Positions 24,969 through 34,372 of a stretch of DNA of 57,632 nucleotides are shown piece after piece. Origin of the DNA: a virus (lineage: Duplodnaviria > Caudoviricetes); the IMG/VR virus record IMGVR_UViG_3300028596_000014, positions 1-57,632 of that record. One strand, 5' to 3'. The position numbers were made by a program, and so were the translations under genes. The first letter of the stretch is position 1; each line of letters opens with the position of its first letter. A model generated the notes under the pieces. It was not told the origin of the DNA. It did not search any database and saw nothing but the letters and a program-made list of their open reading frames with translations.

Positions 24969-27496
24969 CGCGCCACCCCTCCGATGACCTCGCGCCGCGC
25001 CTGCGTCGCATAACGGATGTTCCAGTTGATTTCCTGCAAGCGTCCCCCGCTCGTGGTCGGGCCGTTGAAGATCTGCTGCACCGTGACGTCCCCGACGCCC
25101 GCCATCGGCGTCGAGGCGGCGGCGGTCGCCACGTTCGAGCCGGTCGCCTGCGCCGTGCGCCGCAGCGGGGCCAGCGCCCGGCCGCCCGGTGCGATCGGCG
25201 CGAGCGCGCGCTGCATGGCCGAGGCAGGCACGTTGACGTTCTGGACGATGCCGTCCCCGACCATCTCCGCGATCTTGCGGCCGGACTGCTCCGGGTTGCC
25301 GAGGCCCGACAGCGGCCCCTCCTTGGCCGGGGAGAACGGCAGGTAGGCGCGGATCGTGCCCGCGAGGTTGCCCGCCGCCGACGCCACCCGGCCGATCATG
25401 GCGTTGATGCCGTCGATGAGCCCCTGCACGACGTTCCGGCCCGCGTTGTAGAGCAGCCCGCCGAGGTTGCCCACGGCTCGGCTGATCTGCCCCGGTAGCC
25501 GGGTGAAGTACCCCAGCGCCCGGCCGAGGCCGCTGGCGACGTAGTTGCCCAGGCGGTTCACCCCGCTACGGAACAGCGTGCCCGCCGTCGACCACAGCGC
25601 CCGCACGAACGCGAGCGCTCGGTTGCGCAGGTTGAGGAAGCCGTTGACCACCCGCGTGACCCACGAGAGCACGCCGACGATGACGCGCGTCTGCGCCTGG
25701 ACGAACGAGGACACGACGCCGTTCCACCACGAGCGCACGGCGTTCAGCACCTGCTGGCCGCCGTTCTTGAAGTAGTTCTGGATCGTCTTCCACAGGAACT
25801 GCACAACCCCTTCCAGGATCGCCACAACCCCGTCGGCAATCTGCACCAGGCCGGACCACGCCTTGTCCCAATCTCCGGTAAAGACACCGGTCAGGAAGGT
25901 AATGAGGCCGCCGAGGATATCGAACACTCCGCCGATTACGTCCACAATCAGGTTGATTGCGTTCATTACCTGCGCGCCAAAGACCGTCAGGAAGATGTCA
26001 AGGATCGGCAGCAGCACCGGGATCAGCCCGGAGATGGCTGGGTAGAGGTTCGTCATGAACAGACCGGCGATGCGCTCGATGGCGGCGCCGAGCCCGGTCA
26101 CGAGCGTGGTCACGAGCGGGGCCAGCGCGGACACCAACTGGAGCACCAGCCCGATGACGGCGCCGAGCACGGGCGCGAGCGCCGTGAGCGCCCCGCCGAT
26201 GGCCTGCCCGAGGGCGGTCGCGATCGGCAGCAGGATCGAGCGCAGCGTCTCGAACTGCGGCAGCAGCGCGCCGATGATCGAGAAGATGCCCTGGAAGATG
26301 GGCACGGCGACGCCGCCCAACTGCCGGATGGCGAGGCCGGACTGCTGGATCAGGCCAAAGAACTGCTGGAGGCCGCCCTGCGCCTCCGCCGTCTTGAGGA
26401 AGTCGGCCAGTTGCCCGGTCGCCTGCTCGAAGACGTTGAGCAGCGTGGCCCCCTGCTCCGCCCCGGCGCCGAACACGCTGATGAGGATGGAGCCGACGTT
26501 GCTGACGATGCCCACGAGCGTGCCGAGGATCGCGTTGCTGCCGCGCAGGAAGGCGTTCAACTGCCCGCTCTGCGCGACCCCCTCGGCCCAGCCCGCGAAG
26601 CCCTCCGAGGCGTCGCTGATCGCCCGCGCCATCTCGGTGGCCGGGCCGATGCTGCCCCCGAACAGCGCGAACAGCCCCCGGCCGATGTTGCCGACCGACG
26701 GCAGGATTGCCTCCAGCGTGTCGTTGAGGCCGCCCAGGATCGCGTCGACCTGCCGCACGCGCTCGCCCTCGGTGGCCCACGCGGTGAAGCCCCGGATCGT
26801 GCTGTTGAGGATGCCTGCCGTCTCCGTCAGCGAGGACTGGAGCACGGGCAGGAACGACTCCCCCAGGGCCGAGATGTCCTCGCCTACGCCCCGGAAGAAC
26901 CGCCCCTGGACCGCGCGCTGTACGTCCTGCCAGGCCGGGCCGAGCGCCGTGACAGCGTTGACCACCTGCCGGGCCGACGGCGCGAGGTCCTTCATCCCGG
27001 CGTCGAGTTCCTTCTGCGTCTCGGCCGACACGGCGCCGGTCTTGGCGAGTTCCTCCTGCGCCTTGCTCTGCGCGTCGAAGGCCTCCGTCAGGCCCTGGCT
27101 CGCGACCTGCACCGTGGCCGAGGCGAGCCCGAGCGAGGCGAAGATCGTGCCCGCCGAGAGGGCGCCACCGGCCGCCTGCCCGAGCGCGCCGCCGACGGCG
27201 ACCGCCCCGGCCACGATGCCGCCGAGCAGGGCCGGGATCGGGACGATGGCGCCGATGAGCCCAGCCCCGGCGGTGCCGACCTTCGCCAGGGAGAACTCCA
27301 ACTGGCCGAAGGTGCCGATGGCGGCCTCGTTGCTGGAGGCGCCCCGGGAGATGCCCCGGGACAGCCCCCGGCCGATGCTGTCGCCCTCGCGCTCAGCGTT
27401 GCGGGCGGCCCGGCGCACCCCGCGCGACAGGTCGCCGTCCAGGTCGTCGAGGTCGGCACCAACCTCGATGACCGCCTCGCCCAGGGACTGCACCAC
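24965..27496 (-). CDS. Tape measure protein, 843 aa
   Basis: Ala/Gly-rich helical repeats, VFTGDWDKAW and LPFSPAKEGPL motifs, follows the chaperones. Confidence 0.92.
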   Translation of the reverse strand: MVQSLGEAVIEVGADLDDLDGDLSRGVRRAARNAEREGDSIGRGLSRGISRGASSNEAAIGTFGQLEFSLAKVGTAGAGLIGAIVPIPALLGGIVAGAVAVGGALGQAAGGALSAGTIFASLGLASATVQVASQGLTEAFDAQSKAQEELAKTGAVSAETQKELDAGMKDLAPSARQVVNAVTALGPAWQDVQRAVQGRFFRGVGEDISALGESFLPVLQSSLTETAGILNSTIRGFTAWATEGERVRQVDAILGGLNDTLEAILPSVGNIGRGLFALFGGSIGPATEMARAISDASEGFAGWAEGVAQSGQLNAFLRGSNAILGTLVGIVSNVGSILISVFGAGAEQGATLLNVFEQATGQLADFLKTAEAQGGLQQFFGLIQQSGLAIRQLGGVAVPIFQGIFSIIGALLPQFETLRSILLPIATALGQAIGGALTALAPVLGAVIGLVLQLVSALAPLVTTLVTGLGAAIERIAGLFMTNLYPAISGLIPVLLPILDIFLTVFGAQVMNAINLIVDVIGGVFDILGGLITFLTGVFTGDWDKAWSGLVQIADGVVAILEGVVQFLWKTIQNYFKNGGQQVLNAVRSWWNGVVSSFVQAQTRVIVGVLSWVTRVVNGFLNLRNRALAFVRALWSTAGTLFRSGVNRLGNYVASGLGRALGYFTRLPGQISRAVGNLGGLLYNAGRNVVQGLIDGINAMIGRVASAAGNLAGTIRAYLPFSPAKEGPLSGLGNPEQSGRKIAEMVGDGIVQNVNVPASAMQRALAPIAPGGRALAPLRRTAQATGSNVATAAASTPMAGVGDVTVQQIFNGPTTSGGRLQEINWNIRYATQARREVIGGVAR

Positions 27497-27502
27497 CCCG
27501 GA

Positions 27503-27907
27503 TCACCTCCCGCGTGCTGGTCGGCCGCGCGATCCGGGCGTGCCGTTGCTGTTCTTCGCCAGGTTACCGCGCCGACCGGGCTGTTCCCGGGTCGTGGTCG
27601 GCTTGGCGTCCGGCTGCGGCGGTCCGTCTGGCTGGAGCGCCGCCTTGAGCGCCTTGAACGCGCTCGTCTCGTTGGCTGCCGACCACGGCGACTCGGCCGG
27701 GGGTTCCTCGCCCTTGGGCGGCATCCACAACTTCCGGTCGAACTTTGCCAGCGCCTGCTCATCCGGGGCATTTCGTGTCGCCCAGAAGTAGATCAGGTTG
27801 AGCATTCGGTCGATCGGAAGGTCCATGATGTCCGTGTTACGTGACGTTGCCCAGCCCTCCAGCGTCGGCCAGTTCTCCGACGCCAGGTGCAACAGGCGAA
27901 ACGTCAC
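27503..27907 (-). CDS. Tail assembly chaperone, downstream (-1 frame) part
   Basis: Lies between the chaperone and the TMP, in the -1 frame relative to 27904..28239. Confidence 0.7.
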   Translation of the reverse strand: MTFRLLHLASENWPTLEGWATSRNTDIMDLPIDRMLNLIYFWATRNAPDEQALAKFDRKLWMPPKGEEPPAESPWSAANETSAFKALKAALQPDGPPQPDAKPTTTREQPGRRGNLAKNSNGTPGSRGRPARGR

Positions 27908-28239
27908 GTAGTAGGGCGGCCAGCGACCTTCTTCTGGAGCCAGTTGAGGATGCTCTCCAGGTCGGGGACGTCGAAGTCGTCGTCCTTGTCCTTGAGCCGG
28001 TTGACGAAGTAGGCCGACGGCGGTTCGGTGCCCTCGTCCGCAACGAAGTCCGTGTCCAGCCCCTCCTGGAGCCAGTCGAACGTCTCGCGCGTCAGCGAGA
28101 GCACCGTGCCGCCGTTGACCGTCTCCAGGAAGATGGCCGACTGCTTGGGCGGGATGAACTTGAACGGCGTGCCGTCCACGGTGAACTCGATCGGCTTCTT
28201 GTTCCGGGTGCCTGTGGTGAAGGCCATGGTTGCGCTCAT
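27904..28239 (-). CDS. Tail assembly chaperone
   Basis: PIEFTVDG..F, ends in GRPTT, position before the TMP. Confidence 0.8.
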   Translation of the reverse strand: MSATMAFTTGTRNKKPIEFTVDGTPFKFIPPKQSAIFLETVNGGTVLSLTRETFDWLQEGLDTDFVADEGTEPPSAYFVNRLKDKDDDFDVPDLESILNWLQKKVAGRPTT

Positions 28240-28270
28240 GGTCACGAGACTACCCGACCTAGGTCACACG

Positions 28271-28672
28271 TCAGATCTTGAGCGTCGCGAGCACCCGGCT
28301 GAGCCACCGCGTGGCCTTGATGCCCTTGACCCGCTTCGCGAAGACGAACGCCCCGTTGCGGCCCCGGAACCGCAGCACCTTCGCCGTGCGCGGGCCGTGG
28401 TCGCGGGTGCCGCGCTCCAGGAAGATGCCGTAGTCCACGTTCGTGCCGACCTGGTAGTTGATCGGCCGCCGCGACGACGGGAAGCGCTGGTACTGCACCG
28501 AGTTCCGCAGGCGGCCCGTGTCCACCGAGCCGTCCGCCGTGAGGTTCAACTTGGCCCGGTCGCGCGCCTGCGCGGCGACGCGCCGCACCTCGTTGTCGAC
28601 GGCGCCGCCTGGCCCCTTGAGCCGGGCCACTGCCTTCCTGTCGAGGGTGATACGGACGCGCGTGCGGGCCAT
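28271..28672 (-). CDS. HK97 gp10-like neck / tail completion protein
   Basis: VDTGRLRNS, VGTNVDYG..LE.GT. Confidence 0.85.
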   Translation of the reverse strand: MARTRVRITLDRKAVARLKGPGGAVDNEVRRVAAQARDRAKLNLTADGSVDTGRLRNSVQYQRFPSSRRPINYQVGTNVDYGIFLERGTRDHGPRTAKVLRFRGRNGAFVFAKRVKGIKATRWLSRVLATLKI

Positions 28673-29232
28673 CAGCGGCTCGCCTCCGGCAGGTCGTAGG
28701 GCAGGTCCGGCAGCGGGTGCGGGTCGGGGCAGGCGCACGACGGCAGCGCGAAGTACACGCGCCACTCCCCGCCCATGCAGCCGCCCTCGGTCTCCAGCGG
28801 GTTCCACTGCTGGATCATCTTCTTACCCAGACCGCGCGGCACCCAGCAGCAGCGGATCGCGGTCTCCAGCAGGGCGGCGTCCTCGTTGATGCCGCGCGCG
28901 TCGGCGGTCATCTCCTCCGCCGTGGGGAAGTTCTCGTGGTCGTCCACGGTGTGCGCGCAGCGGCGCACCGCGACCCCCAACTGTACGGCCCAGAACAGCG
29001 GATTGCAGTTGCTCGCCGTCGTGTCGATGGTCGGGAAGGTGCGGCTCGGGAACCGCTCGATGATCCGGATGGACAACTGGCCGCCGCCCGCGCAGCAGTC
29101 GTCGTCGGGCACGGTGAGGCCGGGGTTGAGGAACGCCTTGCCGACGGGTCGGCCGCCCTCCTGGAGCGCGCCGTTGGCACACGCCAGCAGCGCCCACATC
29201 TCGGGGGTCAGGTTGTCGGGGATCGTCGCCAT
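28672..29232 (-). CDS. Putative tail terminator / head-tail connector
   Basis: Position, DDCC..GQL, GV.RC, EGGCMGG. TACTCT-N6-ATG start. Confidence 0.65.
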   Translation of the reverse strand: MATIPDNLTPEMWALLACANGALQEGGRPVGKAFLNPGLTVPDDDCCAGGGQLSIRIIERFPSRTFPTIDTTASNCNPLFWAVQLGVAVRRCAHTVDDHENFPTAEEMTADARGINEDAALLETAIRCCWVPRGLGKKMIQQWNPLETEGGCMGGEWRVYFALPSCACPDPHPLPDLPYDLPEASR

Positions 29233-29283
29233 GGGGAAAGAGTAATCCCTGGGGGTTGCGCGGCTTCGGGCGGTGGGTCTAAT

Positions 29284-29301
29284 GTTACGTATGTCAGCAC
29301 A
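29284..29301 (+). promoter_or_regulatory. 18-bp motif copy 6 (TTGCGC-N18-TAATGT), back-to-back with a leftward promoter at 29244
   Basis: Exact motif. Confidence 0.9.
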
Positions 29302-29322
29302 GCCCGAGACCAGGAGGTCATC

Positions 29323-29868
29323 ATGAACACCGTCACCGAAGCCCAGGTCAACTTCATCCAGCGGCTCCAGGCCGAGCGCATCCCCGACAAGGCGGCCAAC
29401 GGCGGTCTGGAAGCCCTGCGCATGATGTGGACGGAGAAGCGGGCCACCCGACAGGGCGCCTCGCTGGTGATCGACTTCTTGCTCGCCTGCCCGGTCCGCG
29501 AGGTCGCGCCGGTCATCGACGAGGTGAGCATCGAGGGGATGCACCGGCTGGACGGCCAGATCTACAAGGTCCAGGTCGCCGTGCACGGCTCCGGCCGCCC
29601 GTACGCCAAGCGCCTGGTCACCGAGCAGGTCGGCACCTGCGGCGGCTGCGAGAAGTGCGACGGCGAGGACCGCTGCCCGGTCTACACCTCGCGGTTCGAC
29701 TACGCGGCGGGCGTCGTGCGGCGGCTGAGCCTGGAGACGCGGCTCTCGCTGGAAGAGGCCAAGGAGTTCGGGGCTGTCTACGGCACCTGCTGCGTGTGCA
29801 GCCGCACGCTGACGAAGGAGTCCAGCATCGAGGCGGGCATTGGCCCGATCTGCGCTGGCAAGTTCTGA
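29323..29868 (+). CDS. DUF6011-like protein
   Basis: C-terminal CCVCSRTLT..SIEAGIGPICA. RBS AGGAGG. Confidence 0.8.
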   Translation: MNTVTEAQVNFIQRLQAERIPDKAANGGLEALRMMWTEKRATRQGASLVIDFLLACPVREVAPVIDEVSIEGMHRLDGQIYKVQVAVHGSGRPYAKRLVTEQVGTCGGCEKCDGEDRCPVYTSRFDYAAGVVRRLSLETRLSLEEAKEFGAVYGTCCVCSRTLTKESSIEAGIGPICAGKF

Positions 29869-29919
29869 CCCACCCCGGCGGGGCGCTCCGGCGCCCCGCC
29901 ACCACGAGAGGAGAGCAAG

Positions 29920-30138
29920 ATGGCAGTCACCCTGGTGACCGAGCCGGTCAACGAGTACACCTGCGATGGATGCGGCAAGTCGTCCATCGCCACAGAGAGC
30001 GAGGACCCGCCCAAGGGCATCACCGGCAACGTGTTCGAGGTGACCGACTTCGGCGGCGACGGCGGCGACTTCTGGGCCTGCTCGCGCAAGTGCCTGCGCG
30101 CGGCCGTCTTCACCACCCTGGACAGGGGGAGCCGATGA
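29920..30138 (+). CDS. Hypothetical Zn-finger-like protein, 72 aa
   Basis: CDGCG...CSRKC, RBS GAGGAG. Confidence 0.7.
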   Translation: MAVTLVTEPVNEYTCDGCGKSSIATESEDPPKGITGNVFEVTDFGGDGGDFWACSRKCLRAAVFTTLDRGSR

Positions 30139-30554
30139 GCGCCGCGAGCCTGCCCGCGTGGGTCGAGGTCGGCGCGCCTGCGCTGGTCACCTGGGGCATC
30201 CGGGACGAGCACGTCGAGAAGGTGGTGGTCACCAAGATCACCCCGACGGGCCAGGTCGTCACAAACGGCGGCCAACGTAACGAGCGCCGGTTCATGGCCC
30301 GGGACTTCCGACCCGACGGCACGGCTCACAAGTGGAGCACTGGCACCTTCGGCACGGCGTACGACCTGTTCCCGGTCGACCACGAGAAGGCCCCGCTCAT
30401 CCTGGCGCAGCAGGAGGTCAACCAGACCTGGGGCCGGGTCCGGCGCGACATCGACGTGCTGGAGAAGGCCAAGACGCTCAACGACGCCGCCGCGCTGGTG
30501 CAGTCGCTCTCGAACTGGCGCCGGGCCAAGGAGAACCTGGACGCTTTGTCCTGA
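30135..30554 (+). CDS. Hypothetical protein, 139 aa
   Basis: ATGA overlap, RBS GGGGAG. Confidence 0.7.
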   Translation: MSAASLPAWVEVGAPALVTWGIRDEHVEKVVVTKITPTGQVVTNGGQRNERRFMARDFRPDGTAHKWSTGTFGTAYDLFPVDHEKAPLILAQQEVNQTWGRVRRDIDVLEKAKTLNDAAALVQSLSNWRRAKENLDALS

Positions 30555-30555
30555 T

Positions 30556-30614
30556 CGTTCTTCGTTCATCACCCACCCTCCTATAAGGAGGGTGGGTGAT
30601 GATGAAAGAAGAAC
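30556..30614. repeat. Long palindrome family, copy P4
   Basis: cgttcttcgttcatca-cccaccctcc-tataa-ggagggtggg-tgatgatgaaagaagaac, at a convergent gene junction. Confidence 0.9.
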
Positions 30615-30618
30615 ACGA

Positions 30619-31512
30619 CTAGACAGGCCAGGTGGTCTGCCGGTTGCGAGGCGGCATCCGGTCCGGGCTGAGCACGCGCATCCGGCGCGGCCGACGCACC
30701 ACAGAGGCCACCCACGAGTCGATCAACCAGATACCGGTGTGCCCCTCGTCGATGTCGTCGAAGGCGTCCAGGACGGCCACCGTGACCCCCTGCCGGGTGA
30801 TCGACTGCACCCGCTGCGGCAGCCCGCACGAGCGGTCGTTGCACGCGGCCTTGGCGAGTTCGTTGGCGAGCAGCCCTGCGGCCACCTGCCCGCCTGACGG
30901 CACCGGGTAGCCCCGGGTGTACGTCACGCCCCAGGTGTCCGCCTCACCGAGGTCAGCGGACATGTCCTGGCAGGTGGGCCACCGGCCGCCGTCCGTGCGC
31001 ACCAGGAGCCGCGCGTTGTCGACGCGGTACGAGCCGAACGGCAGCGTCTCGCCGTCGATCTGCACCGAGTCCACCGAGAGCACCGGCCCCGGCAGCCGGA
31101 GCGCCGGTGTCGAGCCGCAGCCGCACGAGTCGCCACACTGCCCGCACCCGATGTTGTACCACTGCCCCTGGATGATAACGGGCGTGAACGGGCGCTGGCC
31201 GGGCAACTGCCCGCCGCCGCCCCAGAACGTGCTCTGCCCCTGCCAGCACTCCTGACGGCACGGGCGCAGCGTCAGGTCGCAGGTGCCGTACTTCCGGCCG
31301 GTCCAGTTCCAGAGGTAGGTCGCGGCCATCTCCTCGAAGACCGCCACGCCGGACGCGGGCAGCGACGCGAGCGGCTCGGGCAGCCCGCCGCCGCACGCGC
31401 TGTAGTCCACCGGCCAGTTGCACGGCACCTCCGCCGTCGGCGTGCCCGGCAGCGGCAGGACGGCCGCGTCGAACGCGGTGGAGAAGGCGTCGCTGAACTC
31501 GTTCTCAGCCAT
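30619..31512 (-). CDS. Head-to-tail adaptor
   Basis: Cys-rich, LW.WTGR.YG.C, LP.PV.SV, LPQRVQSITRQGV, TGI..ID.W. Confidence 0.8.
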   Translation of the reverse strand: MAENEFSDAFSTAFDAAVLPLPGTPTAEVPCNWPVDYSACGGGLPEPLASLPASGVAVFEEMAATYLWNWTGRKYGTCDLTLRPCRQECWQGQSTFWGGGGQLPGQRPFTPVIIQGQWYNIGCGQCGDSCGCGSTPALRLPGPVLSVDSVQIDGETLPFGSYRVDNARLLVRTDGGRWPTCQDMSADLGEADTWGVTYTRGYPVPSGGQVAAGLLANELAKAACNDRSCGLPQRVQSITRQGVTVAVLDAFDDIDEGHTGIWLIDSWVASVVRRPRRMRVLSPDRMPPRNRQTTWPV

Positions 31513-32237
31513 CAGACCACCGTCCCGGCGCCGTCGACCCAGGCCGCCCCACGCCACCAGATGTTCCGGCCCAGGGTCGTGTCGAAGTAGGAGAAGCCGA
31601 TCGGGCGCACGCCCGGCCGCTGCGCCGTCGTGCCCGCCGCGCCGAGCGTACGGAACGGGCGCACCAGCAGCGCGCCCATGCTGACGTGCGAGTCGAGCAC
31701 GATGCCCGCCACCGACGCGGACACGGCCGTCGTCAGGGCACCGGCTGCGCTGCTGTAGACCGTCGACCCGGCCGCGAAGCCGGACGTGTCGATGTCCCGC
31801 ACCAGGCCGAACACCGTGATGTGCCCGTTCGTGTTGTTCGGGATGTCCTCCGTGGTCAGGCCCCGGATCATGCCCTGGCCGTCGTCGAGCGCGACCGTGG
31901 GCAGGTTGCCGACGTTGCCCGTGATGCGCACCGGCCGACCGTTGACGATCGTGGCGCCGGAGTTGTTGCGCACGTTGATCCGGGACTCGAAACCGACCTG
32001 GAGTGCGGACGTGGGGCTGGTGTCCACCTCCAGCGTCTCGTCCTCCGCGTTCCAGTGCAGGCGCCCGGCCGTCTGCGCGAGTTCGGTCGCCGTCGGGTCG
32101 AGGTACAGCCCCTCGATGGGCTCGGTGCCGTCGGTGCGGTGCCACAGCGCGGTGACCGCTGCGCGCACGTCGGCCGCGTCGATCAGGCCGGTGGCGTTGT
32201 CGGGCAGCAGGTCCAGAATCTCGTCCAGCGTAGCCAT
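31512..32237 (-). CDS. Putative virion fibre / decoration protein
   Basis: Between the major tail and adaptor genes. C-terminal GTTAQRP..G..YFDTTLG..IWW fibre-type motif. Confidence 0.55.
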   Translation of the reverse strand: MATLDEILDLLPDNATGLIDAADVRAAVTALWHRTDGTEPIEGLYLDPTATELAQTAGRLHWNAEDETLEVDTSPTSALQVGFESRINVRNNSGATIVNGRPVRITGNVGNLPTVALDDGQGMIRGLTTEDIPNNTNGHITVFGLVRDIDTSGFAAGSTVYSSAAGALTTAVSASVAGIVLDSHVSMGALLVRPFRTLGAAGTTAQRPGVRPIGFSYFDTTLGRNIWWRGAAWVDGAGTVV

Positions 32238-32322
32238 GGGGTCTTCCTCGTCTCGGTCGGGTCCAGCGTAACGACAGGCGGCCCCGCCCCGTGAGGAGCG
32301 AGGCCGCCTGGTGTTCGTCCGA

Positions 32323-33018
32323 TCAGGGAGCGACCGGCAGGTACGGCACGAAGCCGCAGGCCGACGGCGGCGGGGCCACGCCGGTCTCCACCAGGAGCAG
32401 GTGGTCCAGCGGGTCGAGCGCCGTCGGCAGCACCGAGGGGACGCCCGCGTCCATGAGCACGTTGAACGGGCCGACGCCCCACGCGTTGCCGCCGCGCGTG
32501 AACGCGCCGGTCATCGAGAACGTGATGGCGTCCTCACCGGTCACCTCCACGTCACCGAGCACGCCTGCGTTGACGAACGGGAGCAGCATGTAGCCGCTCG
32601 CCTCCTCGTCGCCCGGCTCGCAGGCGCGGCCGGAGAGCCCCGTCCACAGTTCGAGCGAGAACTTCTTGTCGATGGTGCCCTCGGCCACCGTGATGCCCGC
32701 GTTCTCCAGGTCGTAGTCCTGGTAGGGCTCGGCGTTGGTGGTCAGTGACATCAGGTCGGGGTCGACGCCGCAGAACTCCATCTCCAGCGTGAAGCGCTTG
32801 AACGAGTCGCTGGTGCGCTCGTTCACGCACAGCGAGCCGTCCGCCTTGCGGGTGATGATTTCCGTGCCCTCCTCGATTTCCGAGGTGAGCGTCAGCGAGA
32901 TGAAGCCGTCCGTGGCGACGACGGCGTCCGTTGCCCCGGACGCAGGCAGGTTGCCGCACTCGTCGAGCGCGACAGCCCGGATGCGCTTCCCGAGGACCGG
33001 GATGAAGCACTTGGTCAT
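32323..33018 (-). CDS. Major tail protein
   Basis: GKRIR...LDECG, EEGTEI..KADG.LC, FCGVDP, FSLELW, GYMLLPF. Confidence 0.85.
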   Translation of the reverse strand: MTKCFIPVLGKRIRAVALDECGNLPASGATDAVVATDGFISLTLTSEIEEGTEIITRKADGSLCVNERTSDSFKRFTLEMEFCGVDPDLMSLTTNAEPYQDYDLENAGITVAEGTIDKKFSLELWTGLSGRACEPGDEEASGYMLLPFVNAGVLGDVEVTGEDAITFSMTGAFTRGGNAWGVGPFNVLMDAGVPSVLPTALDPLDHLLLVETGVAPPPSACGFVPYLPVAP

Positions 33019-33081
33019 GGCGGAATCCTCCGTTGAGAGGCCCGGCCCAATAGCCAGCGACGTACATCTGTGCCCAGGTTA
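33019..33081 (-). promoter_or_regulatory. Late promoter (TAACCT) plus conserved structured leader L2
   Basis: AGATGTACGTCGCTGGC-TATT-GGGCCGGG-CCTC-tcaacg-GAGG. Confidence 0.6.
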
Positions 33082-33094
33082 TCTGCCTGGCTTG

Positions 33095-33472
33095 CTACCC
33101 GAGAACAGCAGCGATCGGGTCGTAGTCCTTCTCGGGCTGTGCAGCCTCCGCCGGGGCGTCGGGCACGGTGTCCTCGTTCTCGTCCGCAGGCGTCTCGTCA
33201 GCGGCCTCCGAGGACTCCTCCGGGCCGTTCTCGCCGGTGGCCTCCTGCGGCTGCTCCTGGGCCTCCTGCGAGCCCTCGTCGAGCGGCTTCGAGAGGATCT
33301 CCAGCGCCTGCTGCACCAGGGGGTCGTCAGCCGGGTCGGTGGGCACCGGCTCCGGGTTGACCGGCGGCTGCGTCGCGGCGAACTGCTCCACGAGCGCGAG
33401 CCGGGCGTCCGGCTCCGGGGCCGCAGCCCGCTTGATGCGACGGAAGCCGCCGTCCATCACCAGACGTCCCAT
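33095..33472 (-). CDS. Acidic, low-complexity hypothetical protein
   Basis: TGATG coupling with the pentamer gene. Confidence 0.65.
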   Translation of the reverse strand: MGRLVMDGGFRRIKRAAAPEPDARLALVEQFAATQPPVNPEPVPTDPADDPLVQQALEILSKPLDEGSQEAQEQPQEATGENGPEESSEAADETPADENEDTVPDAPAEAAQPEKDYDPIAAVLG

Positions 33473-34299
33473 CAGACGACCTCCACTTCCACCGGGATGA
33501 TGAGCACCGGCGGGCACTCGTCCCAGCCGACCAGGTAGCGGCGCTCCGCCACCCCGTACAGGTTGTTGTTCGCCCGGTCGAGCAGGTCGCCCGCCCGGTT
33601 GGTCGGCGTGAAGACCTCCGACCGGTACGCCATGAGCGCGGGGCTCGCGACGATCCACTCGCCCTCCTGCACGCCATCCGGGTGCGAACCGGGGTAGCCC
33701 GCGCCCGCGATGACGGGCGTGCCCAACTTGGTGAACAGCCGGTTGCCGCGCACCTCCAGCGCGTCCTCCGAGAGGAGGATCGACGCCACCAGGCGCGACA
33801 TGTGGATGACGCCGAGCGAGCCGTAGCCCGTGGCGATGTACTGCTCCGCCTCGGCCAGAGCCAGGTGCGGCAGCCGAGCAGCGCCCGCCGCCGTCGCGCC
33901 CTCGGAGAAGTTCGGCGTGTTGCCCAGGTCACCAGTCCAGATGGCCTGCTCAGCGCGAGCCTCCTCGCGGGCGATCAGGTGCTCGGTGGCGCGGTCCTGC
34001 GCGTACTCCAGCGTGTGGCCGATCGGGCTGCACTCGTACGAGCCGTAGACCGTGAACGGCACGGCGTCGTCGGTGCCCGCCGCCTCGGCCATGACCTTGG
34101 GCAGGCCGATGACCGGCTCCTCCGGGTCGCAGTCGACCGGGCCGATGCCGGACGCGGGGCCGCAGGTCAGCGGCTCCCAGACGACGCCGTTCTCCCAGCG
34201 GGAGTTCCCCACGGGGCGCGGGGTGACGACGGACAGCAGCCCGAACGGCAGGGCCGTGCGAGCGATCGGGTCGACGACCGTCGGCGGTGCGAAAGCCAT
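33472..34299 (-). CDS. Major capsid pentamer-like protein
   Basis: Directly after the capsid gene. PFGL.S, W..GV, PF.VY, E...E..IW, T.LGT.V..G.GY, AER.Y.V..EC. Confidence 0.7.
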   Translation of the reverse strand: MAFAPPTVVDPIARTALPFGLLSVVTPRPVGNSRWENGVVWEPLTCGPASGIGPVDCDPEEPVIGLPKVMAEAAGTDDAVPFTVYGSYECSPIGHTLEYAQDRATEHLIAREEARAEQAIWTGDLGNTPNFSEGATAAGAARLPHLALAEAEQYIATGYGSLGVIHMSRLVASILLSEDALEVRGNRLFTKLGTPVIAGAGYPGSHPDGVQEGEWIVASPALMAYRSEVFTPTNRAGDLLDRANNNLYGVAERRYLVGWDECPPVLIIPVEVEVV

Positions 34300-34335
34300 G
34301 CGGGTTGTCCCTCCTGGTCAGGTGCGGACCCAGCA

Positions 34336-34363
34336 GCGGGCGGCCTCCGAAGAGGCCGCCCGC
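34336..34363 (-). other. 12-bp stem with a C(UUCG)G tetraloop after the capsid gene (stabiliser or attenuator)
   Basis: gcgggcggcctc-ttcg-gaggccgcccgc on the minus strand. Confidence 0.65.
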
Positions 34364-34372
34364 CAGAAGGGA

